Sequence record: NC_019423.1
Reading direction: 5' to 3' (one strand)
DNA: 64,000 nt
From: Escherichia phage IME11
Part shown: piece after piece, positions 30,242-40,682 of the stretch
Numbering within the stretch: position 1 is the first letter of the stretch
How the letters are laid out: every line of letters starts with the position of its first letter
The notes under the pieces: generated by a model
Told to the model about the DNA's origin: nothing
Seen by the model: the letters and a program-made list of their open reading frames with translations, nothing else
The model's database searches: none
Made by a program: the position numbers and the translations under genes

Positions 30242-30772
30242 TTAGAAAATCAGATGGGAAGCTGCATAGTACTCAATAGAAGGCAGAATCTTCTCATACT
30301 GTTTTATTGCCATAGTATCACCAGCAAGAGTCCAGGCTGCTTCACGAGTACGTGGCAGTTCCTTGTACTTACCAGTCTGGTCTTGTGCTACCAGGCATTC
30401 AGGTAAAGCATCACGTACATCCTGATAGGACATACAACCACGAACCAGGCGATATACAGTCTGGTTCACAAGGTGTACTTCCATAATCAGACGACTGGAG
30501 GCTTTCAGATACTTGTCCATTGCAGGCCATAGTTCTGGATTAAGTGTTAATCGTTCACCGTAGGTTGGAGGTCTGGAAGCATTAGAACGCTGATAGAACT
30601 CCCCTTGATAAAGAAATCCAGCTGATACATCAATACCATTGATACGGTCATTCTTATCAATGATACCGTTTAACACACTATCAAGACGAACCAGTTCTGC
30701 TAAGAACAGGTGTTTGACTATCTCGCTGCTATTGGCAACTTGACCAATAGTCGCTGAACCAATCTGAGGCAT
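30242..30772 (-). CDS. hypothetical protein
   Basis: 176-aa ORF between helicase and polymerase. Confidence 0.45.
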   Translation of the reverse strand: MPQIGSATIGQVANSSEIVKHLFLAELVRLDSVLNGIIDKNDRINGIDVSAGFLYQGEFYQRSNASRPPTYGERLTLNPELWPAMDKYLKASSRLIMEVHLVNQTVYRLVRGCMSYQDVRDALPECLVAQDQTGKYKELPRTREAAWTLAGDTMAIKQYEKILPSIEYYAASHLIF

Positions 30773-30782
30773 ATATCCTCCC

Positions 30783-32093
30783 TTAGAAAGTTAGACCACC
30801 ATACTTACTGGCAAGATTGCCGTAGAACACTACTCGCTTACGGGCACGAGACACAGCGACGTAAAGCAGACGGGCAACCATATCAGGTTGGCGACAGCTT
30901 GAGAGGTCATCTGCATCAATGAAGATTGTGTCGTAAGTAGAGCCTTGTGATTTATGGACAGTACATGCATGAGTAGCACGTAGGTCTGGAATGGTTTCTT
31001 TAAGACGGAAGTATGGTTCCCAGTTCTTCTCTTTACCTAGCCACTTAACCAAACGGTTGAAGTATTCCGGGTCAGTAGGTACTGGAACTTCACTTACGAT
31101 ACCACCGTAACCAAGGTCCAGAGTACTATCACGAACTTCCAGTTCCAGGTCACCTGTAACCTTAATCATGCGAGTACTACTGTCCTGGTCAATGAGTTTT
31201 ACGTCTTGCTCGATAGACAGACGGTCATCCACCCCCAAACGAACAGCAGAGTTAGAAACTAACTGTTCACCAATGGAGTATTCACCTACGTAGCCATTGG
31301 CTTCACGAATGTAGTTATTGTAATTAATAACCTGGTCATTTGTGTAAGCAACAATACGGCTGTTGGTAGGTTGAGTGAAGTGACTGAGAACCAGTTTCTC
31401 CATCTCTTCCCCCTGTACCCAGTCAATAATGCCTGGAATACATTTAATAGGCAGGAAGCCTGTCTTACCTTCCACCGTATCACGCAATTGCTGGTGCAAT
31501 GCTTTGAGTTCCGGTGCATCGGTACGCATCTGTTCAGTCAGATAGTGTGTTGGGATATTACCTGCATACACTGGAGACTTATTCTCTTTAACAGGTAGAA
31601 GCTGAGAAGCATCTCCTACGAATACCAGTTTACACTGGTGAGTACCTTCACGAGCATACTTAAGTAACTGACGGTCAATCATGGATGCTTCATCTACGAA
31701 GATAATTTTGTTCTTCTTAATAGTGAATGATTTAGATGGCACTACGTTAGCCTCACCAGTCTTAAAGTCATTCTTAACAATCAGACCCTGGAAGGAATGA
31801 TAGGTAGACGTTGGACGACCTGTAGCTTGAGCCAGAACTTCAGCAGCTTTGTTCGTGGTCGCAGTCATAACAACTTCGTTATACAGAGGCTTGGTTCCCA
31901 TTAGAGAACAAGTTTCCATATATGCAGGCATAGTGTCATCAATGAGGTGCGACATCAGGAATGTCTTACCAGTACCTCCTGGGCCTGAAATTCCAAATTC
32001 GGTAGCATTAGGGTCGAGCAGGAAGTCGAAGAACTCCTTCGCAACCGCTTCTTGCCCCTTGTTCAGTGGGGCTTTGGTAGGTTTGGAAAACAT
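30783..32093 (-). CDS. SF1 DNA helicase (Dda/RecD-like)
   Basis: Walker A GPGGTGKT, Walker B FVDEASM, motif VI-like TVHKSQGSTYD. Confidence 0.8.
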   Translation of the reverse strand: MFSKPTKAPLNKGQEAVAKEFFDFLLDPNATEFGISGPGGTGKTFLMSHLIDDTMPAYMETCSLMGTKPLYNEVVMTATTNKAAEVLAQATGRPTSTYHSFQGLIVKNDFKTGEANVVPSKSFTIKKNKIIFVDEASMIDRQLLKYAREGTHQCKLVFVGDASQLLPVKENKSPVYAGNIPTHYLTEQMRTDAPELKALHQQLRDTVEGKTGFLPIKCIPGIIDWVQGEEMEKLVLSHFTQPTNSRIVAYTNDQVINYNNYIREANGYVGEYSIGEQLVSNSAVRLGVDDRLSIEQDVKLIDQDSSTRMIKVTGDLELEVRDSTLDLGYGGIVSEVPVPTDPEYFNRLVKWLGKEKNWEPYFRLKETIPDLRATHACTVHKSQGSTYDTIFIDADDLSSCRQPDMVARLLYVAVSRARKRVVFYGNLASKYGGLTF

Positions 32094-32105
32094 TAAAATC
32101 TCCAG

Positions 32106-32126
32106 TAAAAAACCCTCCGTAGAGGG
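32106..32126 (-). terminator. putative rho-independent terminator
   Basis: ACCCTC-cgta-GAGGGT hairpin with adjacent A-run on plus (T-run on minus). Confidence 0.45.
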
Positions 32127-32594
32127 TTAGATGTAAGGGGTTAAATCCGGGGGAGTATAGTCTTTCCCTTTCATAACTTTCATATTCTCATTGAAGACAG
32201 GTTCCCCATCTTCAAACTTAGAATAGTTTGAGCGATTGACTTCAGCCAATGCTCCGGGGACATTCATCCCAAGGAAAGTACCGACGCCAGTTGCTGTAAC
32301 AATCTGGTCTGCCAGCGAGTCCAGCAAAGCTAAGCGATTGCTATTCGCTGGGAAGATAGCCATGTGGTTTGCTTTCATCAGCAGAGATAATTTACCCAAA
32401 GCAGCCTGTGCATCGGCTAACACTTGCATACTATCCTCACAGGATGGGGTCAACTCATCTAACATTTCACATACTTCTTCCAGATGGCAACCAATCTGGG
32501 TACTAATGTTTTTACTCGTTGGATTTGGTACTGCTTTCCGGAACCAGGCTTCCGTATTTGCCAGCGTACAAACGGATGAACTTTTCATGTTCAC
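32127..32594 (-). CDS. hypothetical protein, possibly MazG-like NTP pyrophosphohydrolase (start uncertain)
   Basis: 155-aa ORF; acidic helix pattern HLEEVCEMLDEL and LLDSLADQIV; overlaps the upstream gene by 83 nt. Confidence 0.35.
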   Translation of the reverse strand: MNMKSSSVCTLANTEAWFRKAVPNPTSKNISTQIGCHLEEVCEMLDELTPSCEDSMQVLADAQAALGKLSLLMKANHMAIFPANSNRLALLDSLADQIVTATGVGTFLGMNVPGALAEVNRSNYSKFEDGEPVFNENMKVMKGKDYTPPDLTPYI

Positions 32595-32907
32595 TCTCTT
32601 GGTTAAGGTGGCGATTATTATATGCCTCCAGAATCAAGTCTCTTACATATGAGCGAATCTCATAAGCAGGACCAACTTGTTCTGACAGCCAATCAGCCAC
32701 ATGGGTTGGTAAAGGTCGTAATACGTTTTCCATGAACGTCCGACGTGTGTCGGCTGGTTCAATGTTTAGAGAACGCAATCGCAAAGTAACCGTAGTGGGG
32801 TGAACCCCCAGCGTCTTAGCGATAGTTGCGAGGGACAGACCAACAGCATTCATGCGAATGATGTCTTCATCAGTTGCTTTGCGATTACTTCTGAATACTT
32901 TAGACAT
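32512..32907 (-). CDS. small HTH DNA-binding protein
   Basis: 131 aa; helix-turn-helix-like GLSLATIAKTLGVHPTTVTLRLRSL. Confidence 0.5.
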   Translation of the reverse strand: MSKVFRSNRKATDEDIIRMNAVGLSLATIAKTLGVHPTTVTLRLRSLNIEPADTRRTFMENVLRPLPTHVADWLSEQVGPAYEIRSYVRDLILEAYNNRHLNQESEHEKFIRLYAGKYGSLVPESSTKSNE

Positions 32908-33133
32908 AGCTTATTTCCTCCTCAAAATTACCCTCACTTTATTACAAGTGAGGGCTTTTGAACAGGCTAGGACTGGTTCTTATACCATTCTCCGAACTCT
33001 TTCATCGCATCTTCTAGAGACAAGCCTTCAAAGAATTGACCAAAGTGTCCGTTGTACTTCACACAAATCCTTATAACGGTTTGCTTTAGGGGTGTGATTA
33101 CTTCCCGTATATCCACCTTATCAATGCTAACCA

Positions 33134-35185
33134 TTACTTAGCAGCCTTAACCAGCTTGGTAGCTAACTTAGCTTCTTCCTCAGTCAAACCCATTGCAGTG
33201 AATGACTTCTTAGCATGACGCTTATAGTCTTGCAGAGCATGGCCTTTCTGATAGTCGGAGTACGACGTATCGTTCAGGATGCTACGCAGATTATCAGCGT
33301 GTTTACCAGATGGAGCTACTTTAGTGGCAGCAGCAGAACGCGTAGGTTTAACTGTCTTATCCTGCTTAACAGCTTTAGGTTCTGGTTTACGTGTAGAACG
33401 TACATCAGCAATCTTAGCTACTACATCACTGCCGACACCGAATGCACCCCAAGGCTTTCTGGCTTTGGAACGCAGTTCTACCAGAAGGTCAGCAGCAGCT
33501 AACTCATCTTCTTGGGTTGGTGCATTTAGGAACTCTTTAACCAGTTCCTGGATTTGTTCTTTCACAGTAGGAGCCTTCTTATTAACAGGTTTAAGGTCAG
33601 TAGCCTTCACTGGTTCAGTAGCTACAGCTTCATTCAGTGTCTCTTCCATATTCAGTGCCTCTTTATTAGCAACTGTACGGAATTGTTCTACAGAACCAGA
33701 TGTAAGATTAGTGTATTTGAGGTTAGTACCACGGTGACCACCAACCATAATAAGTGTGGTAGGTGAACTATGGTTCCCAACGATGGCATCATTAAGTAAT
33801 TTCTTACCTACTTCTGTTTTAGACAGATAGATGCCATTGTTAACGTTATTACGTTCTTCTTCCGGCAGTTCAGCAATAATATGATATGCAGATACACGCA
33901 TCTTATTGGTGCTGTACTGAGGAACAGCAAATACATCTTCCGGTGCTACTTTACCAAGGATAGTTACGTTACCACCGAAGCTACGGATATAACTCATGGA
34001 TGCTACATGCAGACCATTTGAGCAGTCCTGACGACGGTCAGGGTCTACCAGGTCTTCACGCACTTGCACTTTACAGCCTACCCATTGACGGATATTGCCT
34101 GAATGACAGTCAACGAATACACGACGTTTGTGTTCATCTTCTCCTTTATACTGAAGACGTTTCAGGAACAGGATTGAACCATCATCAGCAATAGGCAGTT
34201 CAGCAGTCTCCATGAATTTCATCAGGTCTTCCACTGAGTGCAGACGGTCTTTAATAACCGGAGCCAGACGCTCAAGGAACTTAGTAAAGCCTTTGTAGTC
34301 TTTCAGCTTGGCAGACTGACGTAGGTGACGTTGTAGGTTTTCAACTCCAGGGATAACCCCATTGTTGGTGACAGCAACAACTACTTCATCTTCCCTCACA
34401 TCAGTGTGGAAGTTAGCATCATCGGTACTAATAGCCCCCAATGCAGCTAACTTCTCAGAAGCAGCAGCCAGTTTATCCTGGTTCGTAGTTTTAGTTACTT
34501 CTACGTAAGGAAATGGCGTTTCATCACGATTGGTAAATACAACGTGTACTCCTTTGATGTGCTTGGCTTGTTTAGAAAACTCACCCATCTCATCATCGGA
34601 TACTGCACGAATTGCAATAGGCCATTCTTGTGCAAGAGTACGGTTGGTATGGTCATAACCACAACGCAGTACGTCATTGATAAAACGAACCAGTGCAGGA
34701 TGGTTGTGGTCCTTATCCCAGCCAGTAACCCACATCAGATTGTCACGTCTGTCATAATAGCCATCTGTTACTGTTACTTCTGGTTCATTAGCCTGTACAG
34801 CCAGGAAGGTATCCATAGCTTTAGATACTAATGTTTTAGTAGGATTGCCTAGCTTAATATCAGAAACGATACGGGCAGGTGGAGCACCTGTACCATCTTC
34901 GAAGAACTCTTTCAGTTTAGCTTTTGCTACCTTGAAGAAACGGACGAATCCGTTAGTGTTCTTCTCTGCTTCCAGATATTCAGTACGTAGTTCTACTTCT
35001 GGTGCAATGTTTACTTCTACTTGGTCTTTGGTAGTTCCCAGACCTTTGGTTTGTGCTTCAGATACAATACGAGCAACCCGTGGGTCGCTCTGTGGATATA
35101 CAACCGTGGAGCCATCTGGCTTCCACAGTGTAAGGTTACGACTGTCAACTGCCAGTGCGATGATAGAAATCAGTTCGATTTTCAT
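33134..35185 (-). CDS. rIIB: rIIB-like protein (by position next to rIIA-like gene)
   Basis: 683-aa ORF immediately downstream of the rIIA-like gene; assignment is by synteny, not motif. Confidence 0.4.
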   Translation of the reverse strand: MKIELISIIALAVDSRNLTLWKPDGSTVVYPQSDPRVARIVSEAQTKGLGTTKDQVEVNIAPEVELRTEYLEAEKNTNGFVRFFKVAKAKLKEFFEDGTGAPPARIVSDIKLGNPTKTLVSKAMDTFLAVQANEPEVTVTDGYYDRRDNLMWVTGWDKDHNHPALVRFINDVLRCGYDHTNRTLAQEWPIAIRAVSDDEMGEFSKQAKHIKGVHVVFTNRDETPFPYVEVTKTTNQDKLAAASEKLAALGAISTDDANFHTDVREDEVVVAVTNNGVIPGVENLQRHLRQSAKLKDYKGFTKFLERLAPVIKDRLHSVEDLMKFMETAELPIADDGSILFLKRLQYKGEDEHKRRVFVDCHSGNIRQWVGCKVQVREDLVDPDRRQDCSNGLHVASMSYIRSFGGNVTILGKVAPEDVFAVPQYSTNKMRVSAYHIIAELPEEERNNVNNGIYLSKTEVGKKLLNDAIVGNHSSPTTLIMVGGHRGTNLKYTNLTSGSVEQFRTVANKEALNMEETLNEAVATEPVKATDLKPVNKKAPTVKEQIQELVKEFLNAPTQEDELAAADLLVELRSKARKPWGAFGVGSDVVAKIADVRSTRKPEPKAVKQDKTVKPTRSAAATKVAPSGKHADNLRSILNDTSYSDYQKGHALQDYKRHAKKSFTAMGLTEEEAKLATKLVKAAK

Positions 35186-35189
35186 CAGA

Positions 35190-37754
35190 TTAGTTACCTT
35201 TCAGTTTATTTAGACGATTACGGTAGAGGGACTTAAACCCAGGAATATCCTCTGGATTCTTCTTAAGGTGTTTTACCAAACTACCTAAGTCCAGCGTCTG
35301 TAGGATGTCATTTTTATTCCAGCTATAGCTGAATAACTCTTTGTAACCATTAAGTATCTCATAGTACTTATGGTTACGTGGATTAACCATCTTTACATAT
35401 GGCTCTAAGTCATTCACTGACTTAATACAACCCATTTCAACAAGTTTTTCTTTGTTGTTGAGTGGTCGATTACGTAAAAAGTCATATGCCCATTCATACT
35501 CTGGTTTAAAAATCAGATTCTGTAATGGTTTGAATGTTAGACCTAGTATGTTGAGGATTTCCCAATACTCTCTGTCATCCAGTCCTATGTATTCCAGAAT
35601 ATCGATGCGGTGTTCAGTAACATATTTCTTGAAGCCTTTACTGGTAATAACTGACATCAATTCACTAAAGCGAACATCATCAATGTGGATAGCACCTCGT
35701 CGTTTGGCCTTGTTAGCTTCGATTTGATTACGGCAGACAACTGTCTCTGCTTTCATCTCATCGGTCAGCTCATACCATTTCCACATGGTTCCAATCTGAG
35801 CAGTTACAGAACTACCCGAACCAACCTGATTGGCTAGTACGTAGTACTTAGGTTGCTCCACTTCAACGAAACCGTGCTTCTCATGACGACTTGGGTCAGC
35901 AAATCCCTTGTCAATGAATGGCTTATATATCAAATCACCGCTCTTATCCCATCCAAGAGTAGTACCAAGAACTGCATTCAATGAAATCAGTGCATTAGTT
36001 TTACCTTCTGCTTTGGTTTTATTGGCAGCTATTGTCTTAGCCCGTTTCTCAGCAGCCATCTTAGCCTGTTCCCTGCGGAAGTTAGTTGGTTTGTCCCACT
36101 CATTATATTGAGTAAGGTCAATTACCCGATAACCCATAGCAGTGAACTTAGCTACAGCCTCTTCTGCTGCACCCTTCTTAGGACCAACGACGTGAACAAA
36201 AGCTGTACGCTCCAGGTCACCTCGGTTGTACTCAGGGAAGTATGAGAAAGAGTCTGCACAATCAGATAAACGTCGGGTAACTACAACATTCTTGGTAGTG
36301 AATATGCCAATACTCTGGTGGGAGTTATGGTAAATCTTAAAGTAGTCAGTAAGTTTACCTTTCACCAGGTCTACAGTGTTACCTTGATTCATTATGTAAC
36401 CAGACCACTTAACACCAGAAGCTTTTAAAGCAGCAAGCTGGGGTAAATGTAGATGACGGTATACTAAATCCTGAAATAAGGTTGCACAGTCTGCACGTGT
36501 ATGTTTAAGAGCACCCATAGCCTTACTATATAGTTTTTTAAGTCCTGCATATTCAGGACGGGCTAATAATGCCTTATTGGATAAGTTACGCCAGTGCTTG
36601 ATGTGGTGCTTACGTTGCTTAGCCCATAAACTGGAGGACATATAGCGTTGAACAATTGGGTCTGTAACAGCACCCAGGAAAGAAGGATATTCCCAGAAGC
36701 GAGTAGAGGATTTAGAGGCATATTCTTCAACCTGCTTAATAGCTTCAGGAATCTTAGCCTTAATCTCTTTCTCCATACGGTCTACTAAATCTACACATAG
36801 AGTAGTAATACCATCGTCGGTTAACTTCTGGTTAGATAGTGTTTCTCGACTAGGAGCAATAGCCAGCGTATCTGGTGCAGCCTGAACTACTAAATTGTCA
36901 GCACCAATAATATTCATGAAGTTGAGGATAAGACCTACAGCCTCTTCACTAGCTGGGCTGGATACAATTGGGTACATTACGTTACCGTAGCGAACGTATA
37001 TGTTACTGCTTCCCATATAGCCTTGATACCAGCTATCAGACATATCATATGAACCAGGCTCAAATGACATGCCTAGTGTACTCAGTAGAGTGTAGTCGCC
37101 CTGCTGAATACTATTACTCTCGTCTGTTCTAATGAGTTTGGGGGTACTTAGCTCAGCTTTAATCTCACCGTTAAACACGATTGACTTGATGTAATGTACA
37201 AAGGTATTTACATCATGCTTACCTAGCTGGAATTTAACTTCCAGACCAGATTCCTTAGTAGGAATATTAGTAACAATAGGAACAATACCAGGCTTACCAT
37301 CATTCTCAATCGCAGCCTTAGCTACGTTATATACAGACATCTTTCCTTGGTTCCATGAAGTAACCTGGAAGCTATCTGTATAAGCGAATGGGGATTTACA
37401 TCCCAGACCAAAGCCACCAGTAACACTACTGTTGGACTTCTTAGTAGATGCACCATAGACACCATAGATGGAACCAATGAGTTCATCTGGGATTCCGTTA
37501 CCGAAGTCACGGAAGGTAATAAAGTTGTCTGTATCAATGGTAATACGGATAGGGGTATCAGTTTTACCTGCTTCAATATGAGCATCCCAACTGTTACAGA
37601 TAGTCTCACGAACTACTGCCAGAGTAGGATTGTTATACAGGGAAGTACTTAATACATGAAAGAATGCCGGGTCATCAGAGATGCCAAAGGCAATAGTTTC
37701 TTTGCCACCCAGTGTCGCTGAGGTAGCTACTTCATTGGTATCTGCAACTAACAT
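35190..37754 (-). CDS. rIIA: rIIA-like protein with GHKL-type ATPase N-terminal domain
   Basis: 854 aa; N-box ETICNSWDAH and G1-box DFGNGIPDE near the N-terminus. Confidence 0.65.
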   Translation of the reverse strand: MLVADTNEVATSATLGGKETIAFGISDDPAFFHVLSTSLYNNPTLAVVRETICNSWDAHIEAGKTDTPIRITIDTDNFITFRDFGNGIPDELIGSIYGVYGASTKKSNSSVTGGFGLGCKSPFAYTDSFQVTSWNQGKMSVYNVAKAAIENDGKPGIVPIVTNIPTKESGLEVKFQLGKHDVNTFVHYIKSIVFNGEIKAELSTPKLIRTDESNSIQQGDYTLLSTLGMSFEPGSYDMSDSWYQGYMGSSNIYVRYGNVMYPIVSSPASEEAVGLILNFMNIIGADNLVVQAAPDTLAIAPSRETLSNQKLTDDGITTLCVDLVDRMEKEIKAKIPEAIKQVEEYASKSSTRFWEYPSFLGAVTDPIVQRYMSSSLWAKQRKHHIKHWRNLSNKALLARPEYAGLKKLYSKAMGALKHTRADCATLFQDLVYRHLHLPQLAALKASGVKWSGYIMNQGNTVDLVKGKLTDYFKIYHNSHQSIGIFTTKNVVVTRRLSDCADSFSYFPEYNRGDLERTAFVHVVGPKKGAAEEAVAKFTAMGYRVIDLTQYNEWDKPTNFRREQAKMAAEKRAKTIAANKTKAEGKTNALISLNAVLGTTLGWDKSGDLIYKPFIDKGFADPSRHEKHGFVEVEQPKYYVLANQVGSGSSVTAQIGTMWKWYELTDEMKAETVVCRNQIEANKAKRRGAIHIDDVRFSELMSVITSKGFKKYVTEHRIDILEYIGLDDREYWEILNILGLTFKPLQNLIFKPEYEWAYDFLRNRPLNNKEKLVEMGCIKSVNDLEPYVKMVNPRNHKYYEILNGYKELFSYSWNKNDILQTLDLGSLVKHLKKNPEDIPGFKSLYRNRLNKLKGN

Positions 37755-37781
37755 TTATTTACTCTCTAGATTAAATGTTGC

Positions 37782-38030
37782 TTACATTAGAACTTGTTTA
37801 CATTTATCAAAAATAGCCTTACGAAGTTCAGCTTCTTCCCGTGGTTCATCATTGGGATGGTGACCCACTGGACTATTTTGAAAAGCATTCATTAGGAATA
37901 AGACCTGATACTCGGTTAATCCATTAATCTGAATGCTATACGTTTTCTCTGAGGCGATATTTACATTAGCCATTACGTTTACCTGCCATTGCTTGCAATA
38001 CAAACACAGCCATATCTGATGCCATGTCAT
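37782..38030 (-). CDS. hypothetical protein
   Basis: 82-aa ORF, overlaps neighbour. Confidence 0.35.
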   Translation of the reverse strand: MTWHQIWLCLYCKQWQVNVMANVNIASEKTYSIQINGLTEYQVLFLMNAFQNSPVGHHPNDEPREEAELRKAIFDKCKQVLM

Positions 38031-38340
38031 CTGTTATATCGTTGACAGTCCCATAAGGGAGTGGGCCATTCTCTTCCCAGTTATCTAACGTGTTTTGCAC
38101 TTCAGCTAAACCAGCCAGTACCATTTCCTTGCTTGGTTCCAGCCATAATTTACGTTCTTCTGCCAGTGCAGCAATACACATACGGAGAGAAGCAATATTT
38201 GCAGGGCAAGCAGCAATATCTCCAGTTACTGCAATCTCACTAAGTGGTACAGCCTTACCGGTTTTACTATGAATTACTTCAGGATTTATCATGAATTTGC
38301 TCCAGGTTATGGGCAGGAATAGGGAAGCATGGATAGTCAC
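37966..38340 (-). CDS. hypothetical protein
   Basis: 124-aa ORF. Confidence 0.4.
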   Translation of the reverse strand: MTIHASLFLPITWSKFMINPEVIHSKTGKAVPLSEIAVTGDIAACPANIASLRMCIAALAEERKLWLEPSKEMVLAGLAEVQNTLDNWEENGPLPYGTVNDITDDMASDMAVFVLQAMAGKRNG

Positions 38341-38497
38341 CGGTAGGGTCCAGTGTTACTGATACATGCAGTGTATTGGTCATTTGGGTTAGCATCTGGG
38401 CAGCATTGAAGTCATCCTGAATACAGGCATACACAATGTCACCCTTCTCACCTTCACACATTACGGGTGTGTCTTTGATACGGTATTTAGCAGGCAT
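38279..38497 (-). CDS. hypothetical protein
   Basis: 72-aa ORF. Confidence 0.4.
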   Translation of the reverse strand: MPAKYRIKDTPVMCEGEKGDIVYACIQDDFNAAQMLTQMTNTLHVSVTLDPTGDYPCFPIPAHNLEQIHDKS

Positions 38498-38516
38498 ATG
38501 CCCTCCTGAAAGAGTT

Positions 38517-38541
38517 AATTGAAACCAAAAAAAGACCTCCC
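38517..38541 (-). terminator. rho-independent terminator
   Basis: GACCTCC-cgga-GGAGGTC with 7-nt A-run on plus (T-run on minus). Confidence 0.55.
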
Positions 38542-38557
38542 GGAGGAGGTCTTAGGT

Positions 38558-38797
38558 TTACTTACTATTTTCTTCAATGAAGCGTCTCATACGTTCCTTT
38601 GCTTCATCATGTTCACGAATTGCTTCATAATCACGAGCAAAGTAGTAAATGCACCACAAACCAATTTCACTTACAAAGAGCAGAATGCTGGCTCGAATGA
38701 ACTGCATATCTGTTTCTAATACAAAGGCTACTTTGTATGCGAAGATTAGTGTGAGTAAGGCACTAGTTAGCATTGTGTACAGAGCTAGTTTTTTCAT
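38558..38797 (-). CDS. small membrane protein
   Basis: 79 aa with two predicted hydrophobic helices. Confidence 0.45.
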   Translation of the reverse strand: MKKLALYTMLTSALLTLIFAYKVAFVLETDMQFIRASILLFVSEIGLWCIYYFARDYEAIREHDEAKERMRRFIEENSK

Positions 38798-39738
38798 TCA
38801 GTAATAGTCTCACCGGGGATTAACTTACGGAATTGGATAAAGTGAAGCAGGTTACCTGAATACAGATTCCCTTCTTTATCCATGGATGTAACACCTTGTT
38901 CCCAGGTAACTGGGTTCATGTTATTCACGTACTTCTCACCAAGGTTCATAGGCGTAGCTTGATGTTCCGTTGGAGAAGCATGAATAGGTTGGTTTTCCAC
39001 TAACTTAGCGAACAAGCCGAGGTCTTCTTCGATAGTAGAAGGGCGTCCTTCAAAGTTGTTATAGGAAGCTCGTGCACAACGTGCAGCACTCACTTTGAGA
39101 AGTAATCCATACATTTCTGCAATACTTGGTTCATCGCGTGTAACTCGATTACGTTTGCAGAAATTATAAGCCCCAACACGGTCACTATGAGTAATATATG
39201 GCAGATGCCAATGTCCATGCGATAGTGTTTTTGGTGAACTCTCTTCTTGTGCCTTACGCATTGCTTGAGCCAGTTCACGAATTTCTGGTTGTGCATCTTT
39301 GTGGTCACGCAGTCCATAGAAGTTAGCCCAGCTTGTTGAAGTTACCACTACACGGATATGTGTGAATGGTTCCAGAATACGGTTAACAATCTGCTTATGT
39401 ACTTGCCCACGACGCAACATTTCAGCATAGGTGGCAACACTGGATGCAGCCTGTTCCCAGATAAAAATTGCATCACTGCGTTGGTCTTCTGATAGCTCTT
39501 CAAATGCTTGCATACCTTTCTGGTTCTTACCCCAGTGACTTGGCATCACTGGTTCATTACGAACTTGTTCGATGAACTTAGCAGTGGGGATAGCACGACT
39601 ACTTGAAGCATTACGGTTGAATACACGGTGGGTCATAAACTCACTGTGAATGAATCGGGGATAAACCAATTCAAAGGTTGTGATACGAGTTCCTGTTTCT
39701 GGATGAACGGAATCTGCAATTACTGATGCCTTAATCAT
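38794..39738 (-). CDS. thyX: ThyX-like flavin-dependent thymidylate synthase (putative, motif variant)
   Basis: 314 aa; segment FMTHRVFNRNASSSRAIP resembles the ThyX RHR-x7-S signature but with THR in place of RHR. Confidence 0.45.
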   Translation of the reverse strand: MIKASVIADSVHPETGTRITTFELVYPRFIHSEFMTHRVFNRNASSSRAIPTAKFIEQVRNEPVMPSHWGKNQKGMQAFEELSEDQRSDAIFIWEQAASSVATYAEMLRRGQVHKQIVNRILEPFTHIRVVVTSTSWANFYGLRDHKDAQPEIRELAQAMRKAQEESSPKTLSHGHWHLPYITHSDRVGAYNFCKRNRVTRDEPSIAEMYGLLLKVSAARCARASYNNFEGRPSTIEEDLGLFAKLVENQPIHASPTEHQATPMNLGEKYVNNMNPVTWEQGVTSMDKEGNLYSGNLLHFIQFRKLIPGETITE

Positions 39739-40181
39739 TAGAATGACCTTAGATAGTTGGTGATACCACTTCTCGTCTCTGTGATTCTCTTAACCTGAAC
39801 GTATACCAGCTTAAACTCACTACGAGGTAGTTCTTGTAATACTGCTACACCTTCAGTAAGGGCCACAGAACACGCTACAGCGGTTTCTTCTTTAAAGGAG
39901 TACAAGTCTTCATACATGAGGGCTTCATACTCTTTACGGAGCATACAGAGAGCAACTCTTGCCTTATCACTTACTTCTTGTGAACCAGCAGACATAGCTA
40001 AGCTGTATATGATAAAGACTTGTTCAAAAACAAAGTCCAGTAATCTATCAGGGGTATTAGTACCCATGAATAATTTTGTTGTATAGGAACGAGCTTTACG
40101 GTTGAGTTCATACTCATCCTCTATGCCTTTATTATAAAGAACAGGATTTCGTTCCCTTTTTCTTAGGAATGGGATACGCAT
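39738..40181 (-). CDS. hypothetical protein
   Basis: 147-aa ORF with ATGA coupling. Confidence 0.45.
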   Translation of the reverse strand: MRIPFLRKRERNPVLYNKGIEDEYELNRKARSYTTKLFMGTNTPDRLLDFVFEQVFIIYSLAMSAGSQEVSDKARVALCMLRKEYEALMYEDLYSFKEETAVACSVALTEGVAVLQELPRSEFKLVYVQVKRITETRSGITNYLRSF

Positions 40182-40567
40182 TAGTATTTACTACCTCTTC
40201 TATACCAGGGGTAGTGGTGAGTAGTACTCTTACCCTTGAACAAGTCACGAGTAATGGGATTCTTTCGTAACTGCTCCAGGTATAGGTACATGTGACCTTC
40301 TCCTGGATATGCCCAGAACTTATCTATGATATGGTCTACCTTAGATTTCAGATGCGGTTCTGGGGGAATGTATGAGGTGGTATTAAAAGGTCTTCCAGTA
40401 GTCCATCCTTTCTGAACAAGAACCTGCATTGTTGTATAAAGATCTAATTCACTTTCATTCTCTACTTGGTCATGAATAGTTTTACCCAAAGTAAGCATTG
40501 CAGTTTGTTCCAGCTTACTTAAGTCCAGCCCATACAAGATAGACTTACCATTTCGTCTGTTTGACAT
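40181..40567 (-). CDS. hypothetical protein
   Basis: 128-aa ORF. Confidence 0.45.
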   Translation of the reverse strand: MSNRRNGKSILYGLDLSKLEQTAMLTLGKTIHDQVENESELDLYTTMQVLVQKGWTTGRPFNTTSYIPPEPHLKSKVDHIIDKFWAYPGEGHMYLYLEQLRKNPITRDLFKGKSTTHHYPWYRRGSKY

Positions 40568-40583
40568 ACGAGTACCTGTAATT

Positions 40584-40609
40584 AAAAAAGCCCACGGGTT
40601 ATGTGGGCT
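40584..40609 (-). terminator. rho-independent terminator
   Basis: AGCCCAC-gggttat-GTGGGCT with A-run on plus. Confidence 0.55.
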
Positions 40610-40682
40610 TGGATTAGGAGAAGGATAAGCAATGAGCTGGAAGCAACTTCCAGAAGTACCCTCTTAGGGATACTTCGGTTAG

